Assembly: GCA_965661355.1 (NCBI GenBank)
Contig: CBFIDI010000002.1
Coordinates: 1 to 60,680 of the forward strand
DNA length: 60,680 nucleotides
Origin: Rickettsiales bacterium
GTDB lineage: Bacteria > Pseudomonadota > Alphaproteobacteria > Rickettsiales > UBA1997
Reading direction: 5' to 3'
Shown here one piece after another: positions 17,309-28,001 of this stretch (within the stretch, counting starts at the first letter, position 1; the number at the start of each line of letters is the position of its first letter). Both the position numbers and the translations under genes were made by a program. The notes under the pieces are model-generated. The model ran no database searches. It was not told the origin of the DNA and saw only the letters and a program-made list of their open reading frames with translations.

Positions 17309-18780
17309 AACATTGATGACAATATTCCTATTGACAGCGTAACTGCAAAACCCTTGACTGGCCCGGTTCCAAAAATGAATAAGAAAACAGCAATTATCAG
17401 CGTTGTAATATTGGCATCTATTATTGCCCTAAAAGCTTGAGAAAAGCCAGATTCTAAAGCTGGAAATAGTGATTTTTTTTGCTTTATTTCTTCTTTTATT
17501 CTTTCAAAAATTAATACATTTGCATCAACTGACATGCCCATAGTTAATGCAATTCCCGCAATTCCGGGTAGCGTCAAGGTTGCACCAAGCAATGATAAGG
17601 TCGATAATATTATACAAATATTGAAAAAAAGCGCTATAATTGCGATAACTCCAATTGATTTGTAAAATAATATCATGGTTAAAGATATTAAAACAAGGCT
17701 AATAATTGAGGCATAAGCACCACTTCTTATAGAATCACTTCCTAAAGATGGACCGATTGTTCTTTCTTCAATTATTTTAAGCGGCGCAGGAAGGGCGCCA
17801 GCTCTTAACAGAAGAGCAAGATTCGAGGCTTCTTTGGTCGAGAAATTTCCGGTTATAACGCCATTACCCTGATTTATTACACTGTTGATTTTTGGCGCGG
17901 TTATTACTTTGTTGTCAAGGACTATAGCAAATATTCTGCCGATATTTTCAGATGTAATTTTTGCAAATTTTCTGGTTCCTTTCTGGTTAAATCTAAATGA
18001 TACAGCCGGAGACCCTTCGTGATATGTTGGATTGGCATCAACAAGAAGCTCGCCGCTAAGAGCGGGCTCTTTTTCAATAATATATAACTCTCCGCTTTGA
18101 GAAGTAGCAGAGGTGAATTTTGGGTCAATTAATTTTGTTTGGTTACTTGCTCTGAAAGTTTTGTCTGATACGAAGTGAAAAGTCATTTTTGCGGTTTGTC
18201 CCAGAAGTTCTTTTACTTCTTTAGAATCTGAAACCCCCGGAACTTGTAATAAAATTCTTTTCTTACCCTGAGATTGAATTGTCGGTTCTTTTGTTCCGCT
18301 TTCATCAATTCTTCTTCTAATTATTTCAATAGATTGTGAAATTAGCTTTCTGCGATAATCTTCTTTTTGCTCATTAGAAAATTGCAAAACCAACTCATCA
18401 TTTAATTGCAATAATTCTATGTCAGGACTAAGATCATAAACTATTTTTTTAATTGAATTTTTATCGCTCTCGCCAAAAAACTTTATTTTAATTTTGCCAT
18501 CTTGTGATTTTCTGGCGATTGCCCTAATTGAATCTTCTTTAAACTTACTTCTTAGCTCGTCTCTTAAATTTTTTAATTTTTCCTCAAGATAATATTCAAT
18601 ATCAACCCTTAACAAAAGTTGAGACCCGCCTTTAAGGTCGAGCCCCAAATTTATTTTTGAATTAGGTAATAATTTTCTTACCGAACTACCTTCTCTTAAA
18701 AAAGATGGCGCCGCAAAGATTACCGAAGCAATGCAAATAAAGCTTATTATTGATATTTTTAACTTCGAAAAATTAAGCAT
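17230..18780 (-). CDS. secD: Protein translocase subunit SecD
   Basis: N-terminal TM segment, a large periplasmic domain (INLGLDLKGGSQLLL) and a C-terminal 5-TM bundle (GIAGIALTMGMSVDANVLIFERIKEE). It follows yajC, which is the usual gene order. Confidence 0.9.
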   Translation of the reverse strand: MLNFSKLKISIISFICIASVIFAAPSFLREGSSVRKLLPNSKINLGLDLKGGSQLLLRVDIEYYLEEKLKNLRDELRSKFKEDSIRAIARKSQDGKIKIKFFGESDKNSIKKIVYDLSPDIELLQLNDELVLQFSNEQKEDYRRKLISQSIEIIRRRIDESGTKEPTIQSQGKKRILLQVPGVSDSKEVKELLGQTAKMTFHFVSDKTFRASNQTKLIDPKFTSATSQSGELYIIEKEPALSGELLVDANPTYHEGSPAVSFRFNQKGTRKFAKITSENIGRIFAIVLDNKVITAPKINSVINQGNGVITGNFSTKEASNLALLLRAGALPAPLKIIEERTIGPSLGSDSIRSGAYASIISLVLISLTMILFYKSIGVIAIIALFFNICIILSTLSLLGATLTLPGIAGIALTMGMSVDANVLIFERIKEEIKQKKSLFPALESGFSQAFRAIIDANITTLIIAVFLFIFGTGPVKGFAVTLSIGILSSMFCAILLTRMVIMLWIRKTNKKQLNIA

Positions 18781-18797
18781 TTTATTTTCTTCTTAGA

Positions 18798-19172
18798 TTA
18801 TTTTTTTGCTTTACCTGATTTACTTTTAGACTTATTATCACCTTTCTTTTTATCAGAAACAATTTCAGTAATGTGACCCTTCACAATTTCAATTTGGGTA
18901 TTTGAAGAAACTTCTAAATTAACTGTTTTTTCATCTTCGTTAACAGAGCTTACAACCCCTATAATTCCACTGCTGGTGGTAACTTTATCGCCCTTTTTAA
19001 CTGAACTAACAAGCTTTTGATGCTCTTTCATTTTCTTGCTTTGAGGCCTTATGATTAAAAAATAAAAAATAGCGAAAATTAAAATAAGTGGTACGAAGCT
19101 TGCAAATGAAAATTCTGAATTTGCAGCTGGGGCGCCTGATTCTTGAGCTTTAACTTCTGATATTAAGTTCAT
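18798..19172 (-). CDS. yajC: Preprotein translocase subunit YajC
   Basis: Single TM segment followed by FYFLIIRPQSKKMKEHQKLVSSVKKGDKVTTSSGIIGVV, the YajC signature. It sits immediately upstream of secD. Confidence 0.85.
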   Translation of the reverse strand: MNLISEVKAQESGAPAANSEFSFASFVPLILIFAIFYFLIIRPQSKKMKEHQKLVSSVKKGDKVTTSSGIIGVVSSVNEDEKTVNLEVSSNTQIEIVKGHITEIVSDKKKGDNKSKSKSGKAKK

Positions 19173-19192
19173 ATTTTTACCTTATTATTGAT

Positions 19193-19846
19193 TTATATTT
19201 TTTGACCAGAATTATTCCAGTCACTTAGAAAGGCACTAAGGCCCTTGTCGGTTAGTGGGTGTGAAACTAATTGTTTTATTATTTTACCCGGAATAGTTGC
19301 AACATCGGCGCCAATTTTAGCAGACAGAGTTATATGTAGAGGATTTCTGATAGAGGCAACCAAAATCTCAGTTTTAAATTTAGGATAATTTGAATATATT
19401 TGTCTAATTTCTTTTATTAATTCCATTCCATCTTGCGAAATGTCATCAAGCCTTCCGACAAAAGGAGAAATAAAAGTTGCACCAGCTTTTGCGGCCAATA
19501 TCGCCTGAGAAGCAGAAAAACACAATGTGACATTGGTCTGAACTCCCTTCAAGGAAAAATATTTACAAGCTTTTAATCCGTCAATTGTTAGCGGCAGTTT
19601 AACGCAAACATTTTCAGCAATTTTACTAAGAATCTCGCCCTCTTTTATCATATTTTCATAGTCAGTAGCTGCAACTTCGGCGCTAACTGGGCCATTGGTA
19701 ATTTTACAAATTTCAGCGATTGTTTCCTTGAAATCCTTACCATTTTTAGCAATTAAAGATGGGTTAGTTGTAACGCCGTCAATCATGCCATAGCTAGCAA
19801 TTTCTTTAATTTCGGAAATATCGGCGGAATCTATAAAAAATTTCAT
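19193..19846 (-). CDS. tal: Transaldolase / fructose-6-phosphate aldolase (short, subfamily 3B type)
   Basis: [23 protein letters not shown], the catalytic Lys context VCVKLP and [11 protein letters not shown]. Length is 217 aa. Confidence 0.85.
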   Translation of the reverse strand: MKFFIDSADISEIKEIASYGMIDGVTTNPSLIAKNGKDFKETIAEICKITNGPVSAEVAATDYENMIKEGEILSKIAENVCVKLPLTIDGLKACKYFSLKGVQTNVTLCFSASQAILAAKAGATFISPFVGRLDDISQDGMELIKEIRQIYSNYPKFKTEILVASIRNPLHITLSAKIGADVATIPGKIIKQLVSHPLTDKGLSAFLSDWNNSGQKI

Positions 19847-20079
19847 TGTTAAATTCTGTGTTATTTGTTACAATTCTTATATTGTGCTAATTTCAGCAAA
19901 TGAAATAGCTTTAAAATCTCGCTTAATATCTTACTAAACCATTAAGCAACATTTAAAAACTATAGAAAATTTTTAAATATATATTTTAAGTTATCAGCCT
20001 GAAAATTATAAAGGTTAAAATGCTATTAATCAATACTTAAATTCAAGTAATTGTTCAGTTTAAGAAGAGGGAGAGCTAG

Positions 20080-22071
20080 ATGAGAGAAAGATTTTACGAT
20101 ATTTTGCTACCGCTGCCTTTTGATCGCGCTTTTAGCTATAAATCTAGCGAGCAAGATCTAGATATTGGTCATGTTGTCAAGGTTCCTTTTGGTAAAAAAT
20201 CATTATTTGGCGTTATAATTAAAATTCACGAAAAAGAAGTTTTCTTTTCTAACAACAAACTTGATATTAAAAAAATTAAAGAAATTATTCAAAAAAATGA
20301 ATTTCTAAAAATTGACAAAAAAATAATTGAGTTTATTGATAAAATTTCTAGTTACAACATGGCACCAAGGGGTCAGGTTTTAAAAGCTTTTATCGGCTTT
20401 ATTAATTCAGATAAAGTAAAAGATGATCTAATAGCAAAAAGTTGCATGGTGCAAAATTTTGACAAAAGTAAACTTGCTCTAAAAAATTTATCAGAAAAAC
20501 AGGAAAAAGTTGCCGACGAAATTATTAAAGACGACGAAAATAAAGTATTCTTAATAGACGGAGTTACCGGATCGGGTAAAACGGAGATTTATTTTAAAAT
20601 CATTGCCAATATTTTGCAAAAAAATCAAGACGAGCAAATTTTAATTATGTTACCTGAAATTGCCCTGACCTCGCAAATTACACAAAGATTTGAAAAGGTT
20701 TTTGGTATTAAGCCGGCTTTGTGGCACAGCAAGATATCAAAAAAAGATAAAAGACAAATATTTTACGGAATTTGCAATGGATCAGCAAAGGTTGTTTTAG
20801 GAGCAAGGTCAAGCCTTTTACTGCCTTTTAAAAATTTAAAATTAATTATTGTCGATGAAGAACATGATTCTTCGTATAAGCAAGATGAAATTTTTAGATT
20901 TAACGCTCGAGATATGTCAATTTTAAAATCGACAATAGACAATTTTAAAGTAATTTTGTGCTCTGCTACGCCGTCTTTAGAAAGTTATTATAATGCAAAA
21001 AAAGGTAAATATCGATATTTTCTACTCGATGAAAAATTCAATAAAAAGAAAAATAAAGTTACAATTATCGACCTTACAAGGCATAAATTAAAAAGAGGCA
21101 CTTATATTTGCGAAGAATTGCGTCAAGAAATTGCTAAAAATTACGCTTTAGGTCATCAAACCTTGCTATTTGCCAACAGAAGAGGTTACAGCCCCGTGCT
21201 TTTATGTGGCTCTTGCTCTGAAAAATGTCGATGTAAAAATTGCGAAGCAAATTTGGTTTATCACAAAAAAATTAAAAAATTAATATGTCATTATTGTGGT
21301 TACGAAGAAGATTTTGATAAAAATTGTAAAAAATGTGGCAAAGAAAATTCTATGATTAACATAGGAGTTGGCGTTGAAAGAATTAAAGATGAGTTGCTAG
21401 ATTTTTTACCCCAAGCAAGAACCGCTTTGGTCACAAGTGATAATTTAACAAATTTCAAAGAAGTTGAGGAGTTGGTTAGCAAAATTTCAAATAATGAAAT
21501 TGATGTTATTATTGGCACGCAAATGATTGCCAAGGGTTATGATTTTGAAAATTTAACTTTAGTCGGCGTTGTAGATGCCGATAGCGGCTTTTATTCATCT
21601 GATTTGAGGGCGCTTGAAAGATCTTATCAGCTTTTAAGTCAAGTTTTTGGTAGGGCGGGTCGGAAAAAACATGAAGGCAAAGTATTTATACAAAGCTATG
21701 ATCCACAAAATTATGTTTTACAAAAATTAATCGAAGAAGATAAAAAAGGCTTTTACGAGTTCGAACTAAAAAATCGTAAAATTATGGATTTATATCCATT
21801 CTCGAAGATGGCGCAAATTACAATCGACTCTTTAAATCAAAGTTTAGCCTTAAAAATTGCCAAAGATATAGTAAAAAACGCCCCTTTTAATGAAAATGTA
21901 GAATTGCTTGGACCCGCTCCTAAACCAATTGCAAGGCTAAGAAACAGATATTACTACTCGGTTTTTATTAAAGTTAATAAAAAAATTAACTTGCAGAAAT
22001 TAATTTTTGATATTACAAATAGACTTGACATTATAAATCAAGCTAATATAAAAGTTGATATAGATCCATAA
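20080..22071 (+). CDS. priA: Primosomal replication-restart helicase PriA (protein N')
   Basis: Walker A GVTGSGKTEIY, DEEHD box and the Cys-rich zinc-binding insertion CGSCSEKCRCKNCEANLVYHKKIKKLICHYCG...CKKCG. Length is 663 aa. Confidence 0.9.
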   Translation: MRERFYDILLPLPFDRAFSYKSSEQDLDIGHVVKVPFGKKSLFGVIIKIHEKEVFFSNNKLDIKKIKEIIQKNEFLKIDKKIIEFIDKISSYNMAPRGQVLKAFIGFINSDKVKDDLIAKSCMVQNFDKSKLALKNLSEKQEKVADEIIKDDENKVFLIDGVTGSGKTEIYFKIIANILQKNQDEQILIMLPEIALTSQITQRFEKVFGIKPALWHSKISKKDKRQIFYGICNGSAKVVLGARSSLLLPFKNLKLIIVDEEHDSSYKQDEIFRFNARDMSILKSTIDNFKVILCSATPSLESYYNAKKGKYRYFLLDEKFNKKKNKVTIIDLTRHKLKRGTYICEELRQEIAKNYALGHQTLLFANRRGYSPVLLCGSCSEKCRCKNCEANLVYHKKIKKLICHYCGYEEDFDKNCKKCGKENSMINIGVGVERIKDELLDFLPQARTALVTSDNLTNFKEVEELVSKISNNEIDVIIGTQMIAKGYDFENLTLVGVVDADSGFYSSDLRALERSYQLLSQVFGRAGRKKHEGKVFIQSYDPQNYVLQKLIEEDKKGFYEFELKNRKIMDLYPFSKMAQITIDSLNQSLALKIAKDIVKNAPFNENVELLGPAPKPIARLRNRYYYSVFIKVNKKINLQKLIFDITNRLDIINQANIKVDIDP

Positions 22072-22123
22072 AATTTAATTTTTTTGGTTTATAATATATA
22101 TTAATAATAAACAATAAAAACTT

Positions 22124-22540
22124 ATGAAAAGCGTACTTGGAATGTTCAAAGCAAAAAATCCAGATGACCAAAGTGCCGTTACAGAAAATAGCAACTATGT
22201 CACTGAAGAAGACAATAAACAATCTTATGATGCCTCATTTGATGATTTGGAAGATGATTATTTGGAAGATGATGATTTATATGACGAATCAGGGGCGTCA
22301 AATGATGTTTTTGAAGAGTTCACAGACAAAGTTCAATCTCTTCTTGATAACGGCGCAATGTCTTTAGAGATCGCCGAAGAAAAAACTTCTCTATTAGAAG
22401 GGATCGATCAAAATTCTAACGAATATTCTAAAATGGTTGAAGAGGTTAAAGTTGCTCAGGCTGAGGCAAGGCAAAATTTTGACGACGCCGAATTTCTTAT
22501 TCAAAGAGCGAATGAAATCTTAGAAAGCAATAGCAATTAA
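22124..22540 (+). CDS. Hypothetical acidic protein
   Basis: A 138-aa open frame, very Asp/Glu-rich ([18 protein letters not shown]), on the same strand as trxA and 11 nt upstream of it. No family was recognised. Confidence 0.4.
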   Translation: MKSVLGMFKAKNPDDQSAVTENSNYVTEEDNKQSYDASFDDLEDDYLEDDDLYDESGASNDVFEEFTDKVQSLLDNGAMSLEIAEEKTSLLEGIDQNSNEYSKMVEEVKVAQAEARQNFDDAEFLIQRANEILESNSN

Positions 22541-22551
22541 AATTTAATTTT

Positions 22552-22869
22552 ATGACAAAAGAAGTTACTGATAAAAGCTTTGATTCTGATGTTTTAAAGT
22601 CAGAATTACCAGTTTTAGTAGATTTTTGGGCGCCTTGGTGTGGGCCATGTCGTCAACTTTCACCTATTGTTGACGAAATTGCAAATGAAGCTAAGGGAAA
22701 AGTTAATGTTGTTAAATGTAACATTGACGACAACCCAGAAACCCCTTCAAAACTCGGAGTAAGAAGCATTCCGACCTTAATGATGTTTAAAAATGGCGAG
22801 TTGGTTGATTCTAAGGTTGGGTCACTAACAAAATCTGCGTTAAATGAATGGGTTGCCCAAAATAGCTGA
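22552..22869 (+). CDS. trxA: Thioredoxin
   Basis: WAPWCGPC active site, 105 aa, and the [11 protein letters not shown] motif. Confidence 0.95.
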   Translation: MTKEVTDKSFDSDVLKSELPVLVDFWAPWCGPCRQLSPIVDEIANEAKGKVNVVKCNIDDNPETPSKLGVRSIPTLMMFKNGELVDSKVGSLTKSALNEWVAQNS

Positions 22870-23773
22870 TTTACAAGGTAAAAAAGACTTACTCTTGGCT
22901 AAAACCTTAAGTTATTTTAGCCAAGAAGTTGGTTATTTTGTATATATTGGGGTTGAGCTAGAGTTCTATTTGCTTGACCATAAATCTCGAATGTCAACTG
23001 AAAAAGAAGTAAAAAGCTTTATAGATTTCTTAAATGATCAATTTCTTGATGATGAAATCTATTTTACTGCTGAACAAGAAATGGGGTCTTCTCAAATCGA
23101 GATTAAGTCTGTTTTTACTGGTCAATTACCTGTCTTATGCTCATTCTTATCTGAGATTCAAGAAAAAATTAAAGATTATGCTGTAAAATTCTCTTGTAGT
23201 GCCTGCTTTAAATCTGTGCTTCACCAAGATGATTGTTTTAATTCTCTGCAATTCAACCTTTCTATTCATGACAAAAATGGCGTGAATATATTTTCCAATC
23301 ATCACAAAATGATAGAAGATATTAATTTAGCTATTTTAAAATATGTTGACGAGTCTGTTATTTTTTGCATAAAAAATCAAAGTGATTTTGTCAGATTTGA
23401 TATAGAATTAAACAAAAAATTACATAAACAGGGTAAGTATGTTGCTCCGACCAAAAAAAGCTGCGGCGTTAATAACAGAAGTTGCTTAATAAGGTATTTT
23501 AAAAATGACAATGGGCTTGATAACAAAATAGAATTCAGGCTTCCTTGCGCTGAATCTGACCATGTAATGATTATTATATTTCTAATTTTTTGCACTTTAA
23601 AAGCCATTAAGAGTTCAATCACTGGAAGTAAAGAATATATTATTTACGGAAATGCCTTTGATAGCCAATATAATTTGCCAGAATTTGTTAAAAATTATGA
23701 ACAAGCCCAAAAATGCTTCGAAGACGGTGAATTTTATGAGTTTTGTAATAATTTATTGGCTAAAAATATTTGA
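22844..23773 (+). CDS. Glutamine-synthetase catalytic-domain-like protein, short and divergent
   Basis: [10 protein letters not shown] (GxExEF), NRSCLIRY...[11 protein letters not shown] (NRSaliRiP...R.E.R.pd) and a degenerate nucleotide loop ([15 protein letters not shown] in place of GSGxHxHxS). Only 309 aa. The annotated start overlaps trxA by 26 nt, so the true start is uncertain. Confidence 0.55.
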   Translation: MNGLPKIADLQGKKDLLLAKTLSYFSQEVGYFVYIGVELEFYLLDHKSRMSTEKEVKSFIDFLNDQFLDDEIYFTAEQEMGSSQIEIKSVFTGQLPVLCSFLSEIQEKIKDYAVKFSCSACFKSVLHQDDCFNSLQFNLSIHDKNGVNIFSNHHKMIEDINLAILKYVDESVIFCIKNQSDFVRFDIELNKKLHKQGKYVAPTKKSCGVNNRSCLIRYFKNDNGLDNKIEFRLPCAESDHVMIIIFLIFCTLKAIKSSITGSKEYIIYGNAFDSQYNLPEFVKNYEQAQKCFEDGEFYEFCNNLLAKNI

Positions 23774-24688
23774 ATTAAAATGGGCGGAAGATGTTTTTAT
23801 TTATAATTAAATATCTTAAAATAATCTAAAGAATAATCATAAATAACGCACATTTTTATATACTAGAAAAACAGCAGAATTTATGGTTAACTATTTATGA
23901 TTTAACTAATAAATTATCGTCAAAAACTCTGTAACATCAGATTATATTCCTAATTTCTTACAATTTAATTACCAATTACAAAGCCAAGAGCCTTAAGGGG
24001 TCAATATAATTACCCTCTTTGCCCTTTTACAAATTATATTAATATTTGACTTACAGCCAAGCAACAGGAAAACATCAGAAATTTTACGAGAAGGTTTTGG
24101 AATTTTAGCGATGTTGGAACCAGTAAGATTCGAACCGTTCTTCAAAAATTGGAGTGTTGATTTTATTGGGCTTAGAAGTTTTGACAAGATGTCTGCAAAG
24201 TTTGTTTTGTTGATTATCGGTTAAGCGATTGTGCTCATTTAGCAAACCAATTTTCTCAAACTTATTTTTCCCTAACCATCTTCTTCTAATAATAATTTAT
24301 AACCCTCAAAGTCGGATTGCTTAATATATTTAAATCTTTCCAAGATTTGAATATAAATTTTCTCTTGCAAATATTCTTCTTGTTTTTGTTCACCCTCAAT
24401 TTTTTTAACCATTCTGGCTGATTTTTGATTAACTCTTTCATTAATTCATCATTTTTAGAAAATGCTTGTACATTCATATACAAACCATCTTGGACCAAGT
24501 CTTTTTCTTCATTCCCAACAATAGGCGAAAGCTATACAAGTTTATCTATTTTCGACTTCTTCAGAATTAACATCTGATTATTAATTGTTTTAAAAATGAA
24601 GAGAGTGCAGTGAGGGAGCTTGAAGGGCTTTTCGCTTAAAATCATGAAAAAACATAATCTTTAACGACAAGCGACGATAATAAAGGAT

Positions 24689-24764
24689 TGGTGGAGCTAG
24701 CGAGATTCGAACTCGCGACCTCTTGCATGCCATGCAAGCGCGCTACCAACTGCGCCATAGCCCC
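24689..24764 (-). tRNA. tRNA-Ala (anticodon GGC), CCA encoded
   Basis: The reverse complement folds as GGGGCTA/TAGCTCC acceptor (with the G3:U70 Ala identity pair), GCGC D-stem, CTTGC-ATGGCAT-GCAAG anticodon arm (GGC), GCGAG-TTCGAAT-CTCGC T-arm and ACCA. Confidence 0.9.
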
Positions 24765-24998
24765 CAAACAATGAAATTTAATTAGCCGCCCTCTATTCTA
24801 AGGAAAATTATTTTTATCGCAACAGCTAGCAAATTAGATTCATCGTGTTTTAATCTAAGAACATGAAAATATTAGAAAATAATGACGAAATTTAAAACCC
24901 AAAAGTCAATAAATATAAGCCTATTACTTGTCTTTTAAATCTTCCTACGATATAATTTTATAGATTTGTGATATAAAAAGCAAGATTTTTCAATAACA

Positions 24999-26918
24999 AT
25001 GATAAACATTTCCTTTCCAGATTTAACCTCAAAACAGTTCGAAAATGGCATAACTGGCCTTGAAATAGCTAAATCAATCTCAATAAGCCTTGCAAAAAGT
25101 GCCTTAGCAATAAAAGTCAATGGCGAAAACCAGGACTTAAGTCGAAAAATAGAAGAAGACGCAAAAATTGAAATTATAACGCCAAAATCTGGCCAAGAAG
25201 CTCTTGAAATAATACGCCACGACGCGGCTCATATTATGGCTGAGGCGGTGAAAGAGATTTACCCAGAAACTCAAGTCACAATTGGCCCGTCAATCGAAAA
25301 TGGTTTTTATTATGATTTTGCACGAAAAGAACCTTTTTCGACTAAAGACCTCGATAAAATCGAAAATAAAATGCGTCAAATTGTTAAGAGGAATGAAGAA
25401 TTAATTCGAGAAATTTGGAAACGCGATGATGCAATCGCTTTTTTTAAATCTATTGGAGAATATTATAAAGCTGAAATTATCGCTTCAATTCCGTCAAAAG
25501 AAAACATCTCTCTTTATCGTCAAGGCGACTTTATAGATCTATGCCGCGGCCCACACGCGCCATCAACTTCTCATATTAAGCATTTTAAACTCATGAAAGT
25601 CGCTGGTGCATATTGGCGCGGCGACTCGAGCAATGAAATGTTACAAAGAATTTATGGAACCGCCTGGGAGAGCAAAGAAAGCCTAGAAAAATATCTTCAC
25701 ATGCTTGAAGAGGCTGAAAAGCGCGACCACAGAAAAATTGGGAAGGAATTAAATCTTTTTCATATTCAAGAAGAAGCTGTGGGATCGGTTTTTTGGCATA
25801 ATAAAGGTTATATAATTTATCGTGAAATAGAAAAATATATTAGGCAAAAACTAGAAAAAAATAATTATATCGAAGTTAAAACGCCGCAATTAATCGATCG
25901 CATTTTATGGGAAAAATCTGGACATTGGGATAAATTTCGCGAAAATATGTTTGTTGCGCAAAGCGATGAAGACAGAACCCTTGCAATTAAACCAATGAAC
26001 TGCCCTGCGCATGTTCAAATTTTTAACCAAGGTACAAAGTCTTATCGCGATTTGCCGCTGAGAATGGCTGAATTTGGCTGTTGCCACAGAAACGAATCAA
26101 GCGGATCAATGCACGGAATTATGCGCGTTCGTCAGTTTACTCAGGACGACGCCCATATTTTTTGCCAAGAAAGCCAAGTTAATGACGAAACCGTCAAGTT
26201 TTGCGAGCTTTTAAAAGAGGTTTATCAGGATTTTGGCTTTGAAAATGTTAAGGTTAAATTTTCAACGCGCCCAGAAGTTCGCGCTGGAAGTGACGAAGTT
26301 TGGGACAAGGCTGAAAAAGCCCTAGAAGAAGCTGTAAAAACCGCTAATTTAGAATATGAAATAAGTGAAGGTGAAGGCGCATTTTATGGCCCCAAGTTAG
26401 AATTTACACTAATTGATGCAATTGGTCGTGAATGGCAATGTGGAACGCTTCAAGCTGATTTTATTTTGCCACAGCGACTAGATGCCAATTATATTGATAA
26501 AAATGGCGAAAAAAAGCGCCCCGTTATGCTTCACCGCGCAATTTTAGGAAGTTTCGAGCGTTTTATCGGAATTTTAATTGAAAATCACGCTGGAAAAATG
26601 CCCCTTTGGCTTGCGCCAGTTCAAGTTACCATTGCAACCATCACTAATGATTCAGACAATTACGCAAAAGAAATTTACGAAACCCTGAAAAGACAAGGCT
26701 TTAGAATTGAAATTGACTTAAGATCAGAAAAAATCAACGCTAAAATCCGAGAACATTCTATGCAAAAAGTTCCGTATATTATCGCAATTGGAAAGAAGGA
26801 AGCTGAAGAAGGGACGGTTTCTGTTAGAAAACTTGGTGAGCAGGGTCAGAAAAGCTATATATTGGATAATTTTTTATCAATTCTAAATAATGATATTGAT
26901 AAAATTATATCAAAATGA
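24999..26918 (+). CDS. thrS: Threonine--tRNA ligase
   Basis: TGS-like N-terminus, editing-domain [13 protein letters not shown], class II core ([29 protein letters not shown]) and a C-terminal anticodon-binding domain. Length is 639 aa. Confidence 0.95.
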   Translation: MINISFPDLTSKQFENGITGLEIAKSISISLAKSALAIKVNGENQDLSRKIEEDAKIEIITPKSGQEALEIIRHDAAHIMAEAVKEIYPETQVTIGPSIENGFYYDFARKEPFSTKDLDKIENKMRQIVKRNEELIREIWKRDDAIAFFKSIGEYYKAEIIASIPSKENISLYRQGDFIDLCRGPHAPSTSHIKHFKLMKVAGAYWRGDSSNEMLQRIYGTAWESKESLEKYLHMLEEAEKRDHRKIGKELNLFHIQEEAVGSVFWHNKGYIIYREIEKYIRQKLEKNNYIEVKTPQLIDRILWEKSGHWDKFRENMFVAQSDEDRTLAIKPMNCPAHVQIFNQGTKSYRDLPLRMAEFGCCHRNESSGSMHGIMRVRQFTQDDAHIFCQESQVNDETVKFCELLKEVYQDFGFENVKVKFSTRPEVRAGSDEVWDKAEKALEEAVKTANLEYEISEGEGAFYGPKLEFTLIDAIGREWQCGTLQADFILPQRLDANYIDKNGEKKRPVMLHRAILGSFERFIGILIENHAGKMPLWLAPVQVTIATITNDSDNYAKEIYETLKRQGFRIEIDLRSEKINAKIREHSMQKVPYIIAIGKKEAEEGTVSVRKLGEQGQKSYILDNFLSILNNDIDKIISK

Positions 26919-27056
26919 TGTTTTTATCTTCCTCTTACGCGGGAAATGAATAAAAATAAAATAACTTTTGAATCGCTTTCTACTCACTTCAACCAGTTAA
27001 ATAAAATATAATAAACTATATAGTTGAAACATTATTAAGCTATAAAACTTAAATCA

Positions 27057-28001
27057 ATGAAAAATGCAATATTTTTATGCGAAGCCTCTCTTGAAATTGG
27101 AACCGGACATGTTGTAAGATCGTTAAGTTTGGCTAAATTTCTTCAAAAACAAGGTTATAATTGCGCTTTTTCTTCTTCGAATAAAAGTCGTGAATTAATT
27201 TCGGAAATTAATTACTTTGACTCAATATCCTTAAAAAGCCTTTTAAATTGTAAAATAAATGCTGATTTCTTAATTATTGATAATTACAAACTGGACGAAA
27301 AATTTGAAACTAGCTTTAAAAAAAGGGGGGTAAAAATAATAGTAATCGATGATTTGGCCAACCGGAAGCATAATTGCAACATTTTAATTGACCAAAATTA
27401 TGGAACTAAAATAAGTGATTATCAAACCTTAGTAAATCAAGATTGTAAACTATTAACTGGCACTAATTATGCAATATTAAGGCAAGAATTCTTGGATTTA
27501 AGAGAAAAAGCATTGACAAAAAGACAAAATAATCAAGATATTAAAAAGATTTTAGTTAATTTTGGTGGCAGCGATGTTAATAACCACACCTTAAGCGCCT
27601 TAAAAACAATTGAAAACTCGAATTTTATTGGAGAAATCGAGGTGGTTCTTGGCTTTGAATCGATTCATTTGAATTCAATTCAGTATTTTTCCAAAAGATC
27701 ACGAAATAAAATCAATATTCATCACAAGGCCAATATGGCAAAGTTAATTTTAGAATGTGATATCGGGCTAGGAGCTGGCGGAACTTCAACCTGGGAAAGA
27801 TGTTGTCTAGGTTTGCCGACATTTATTATTAAAATTGCTGATAATCAAAATAAAATATTCGATGCCGTTGGATTTAAAGGAACCTTTCAGGAATTTCTTA
27901 ATTTGGCCAAAGAAAATTATCAAGATTTAATTGCTGAAATCAAAGATTTAGTTGACGGCAAAGGAACTTCTAGAATTTACAAAGAAATAAAAAAACTATG
28001 A
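27057..28001 (+). CDS. pseG: UDP-2,4-diacetamido-2,4,6-trideoxy-beta-L-altropyranose hydrolase (PseG)-like protein
   Basis: The N-terminus (FLCEASLEIGTGHVVRSLSLAKFLQKQGYNCAF) matches the PseG/GT28-like signature (DaxxxiGtGHvmRcltLA). A C-terminal GGTSTWERCCLGLP motif is present. It is adjacent to the pse operon. Confidence 0.75.
   Translation: MKNAIFLCEASLEIGTGHVVRSLSLAKFLQKQGYNCAFSSSNKSRELISEINYFDSISLKSLLNCKINADFLIIDNYKLDEKFETSFKKRGVKIIVIDDLANRKHNCNILIDQNYGTKISDYQTLVNQDCKLLTGTNYAILRQEFLDLREKALTKRQNNQDIKKILVNFGGSDVNNHTLSALKTIENSNFIGEIEVVLGFESIHLNSIQYFSKRSRNKINIHHKANMAKLILECDIGLGAGGTSTWERCCLGLPTFIIKIADNQNKIFDAVGFKGTFQEFLNLAKENYQDLIAEIKDLVDGKGTSRIYKEIKKL

Noticed and set aside
24121-24140. AGATTCGAACC, which resembles the T-loop of the nearby tRNA-Ala and could be a tRNA fragment or att duplicate.
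   Set aside because: The flanking bases cannot form a T-stem or acceptor stem. The match is limited to the generic TTCGAA core, and no longer repeat of the tRNA 3' end is found.
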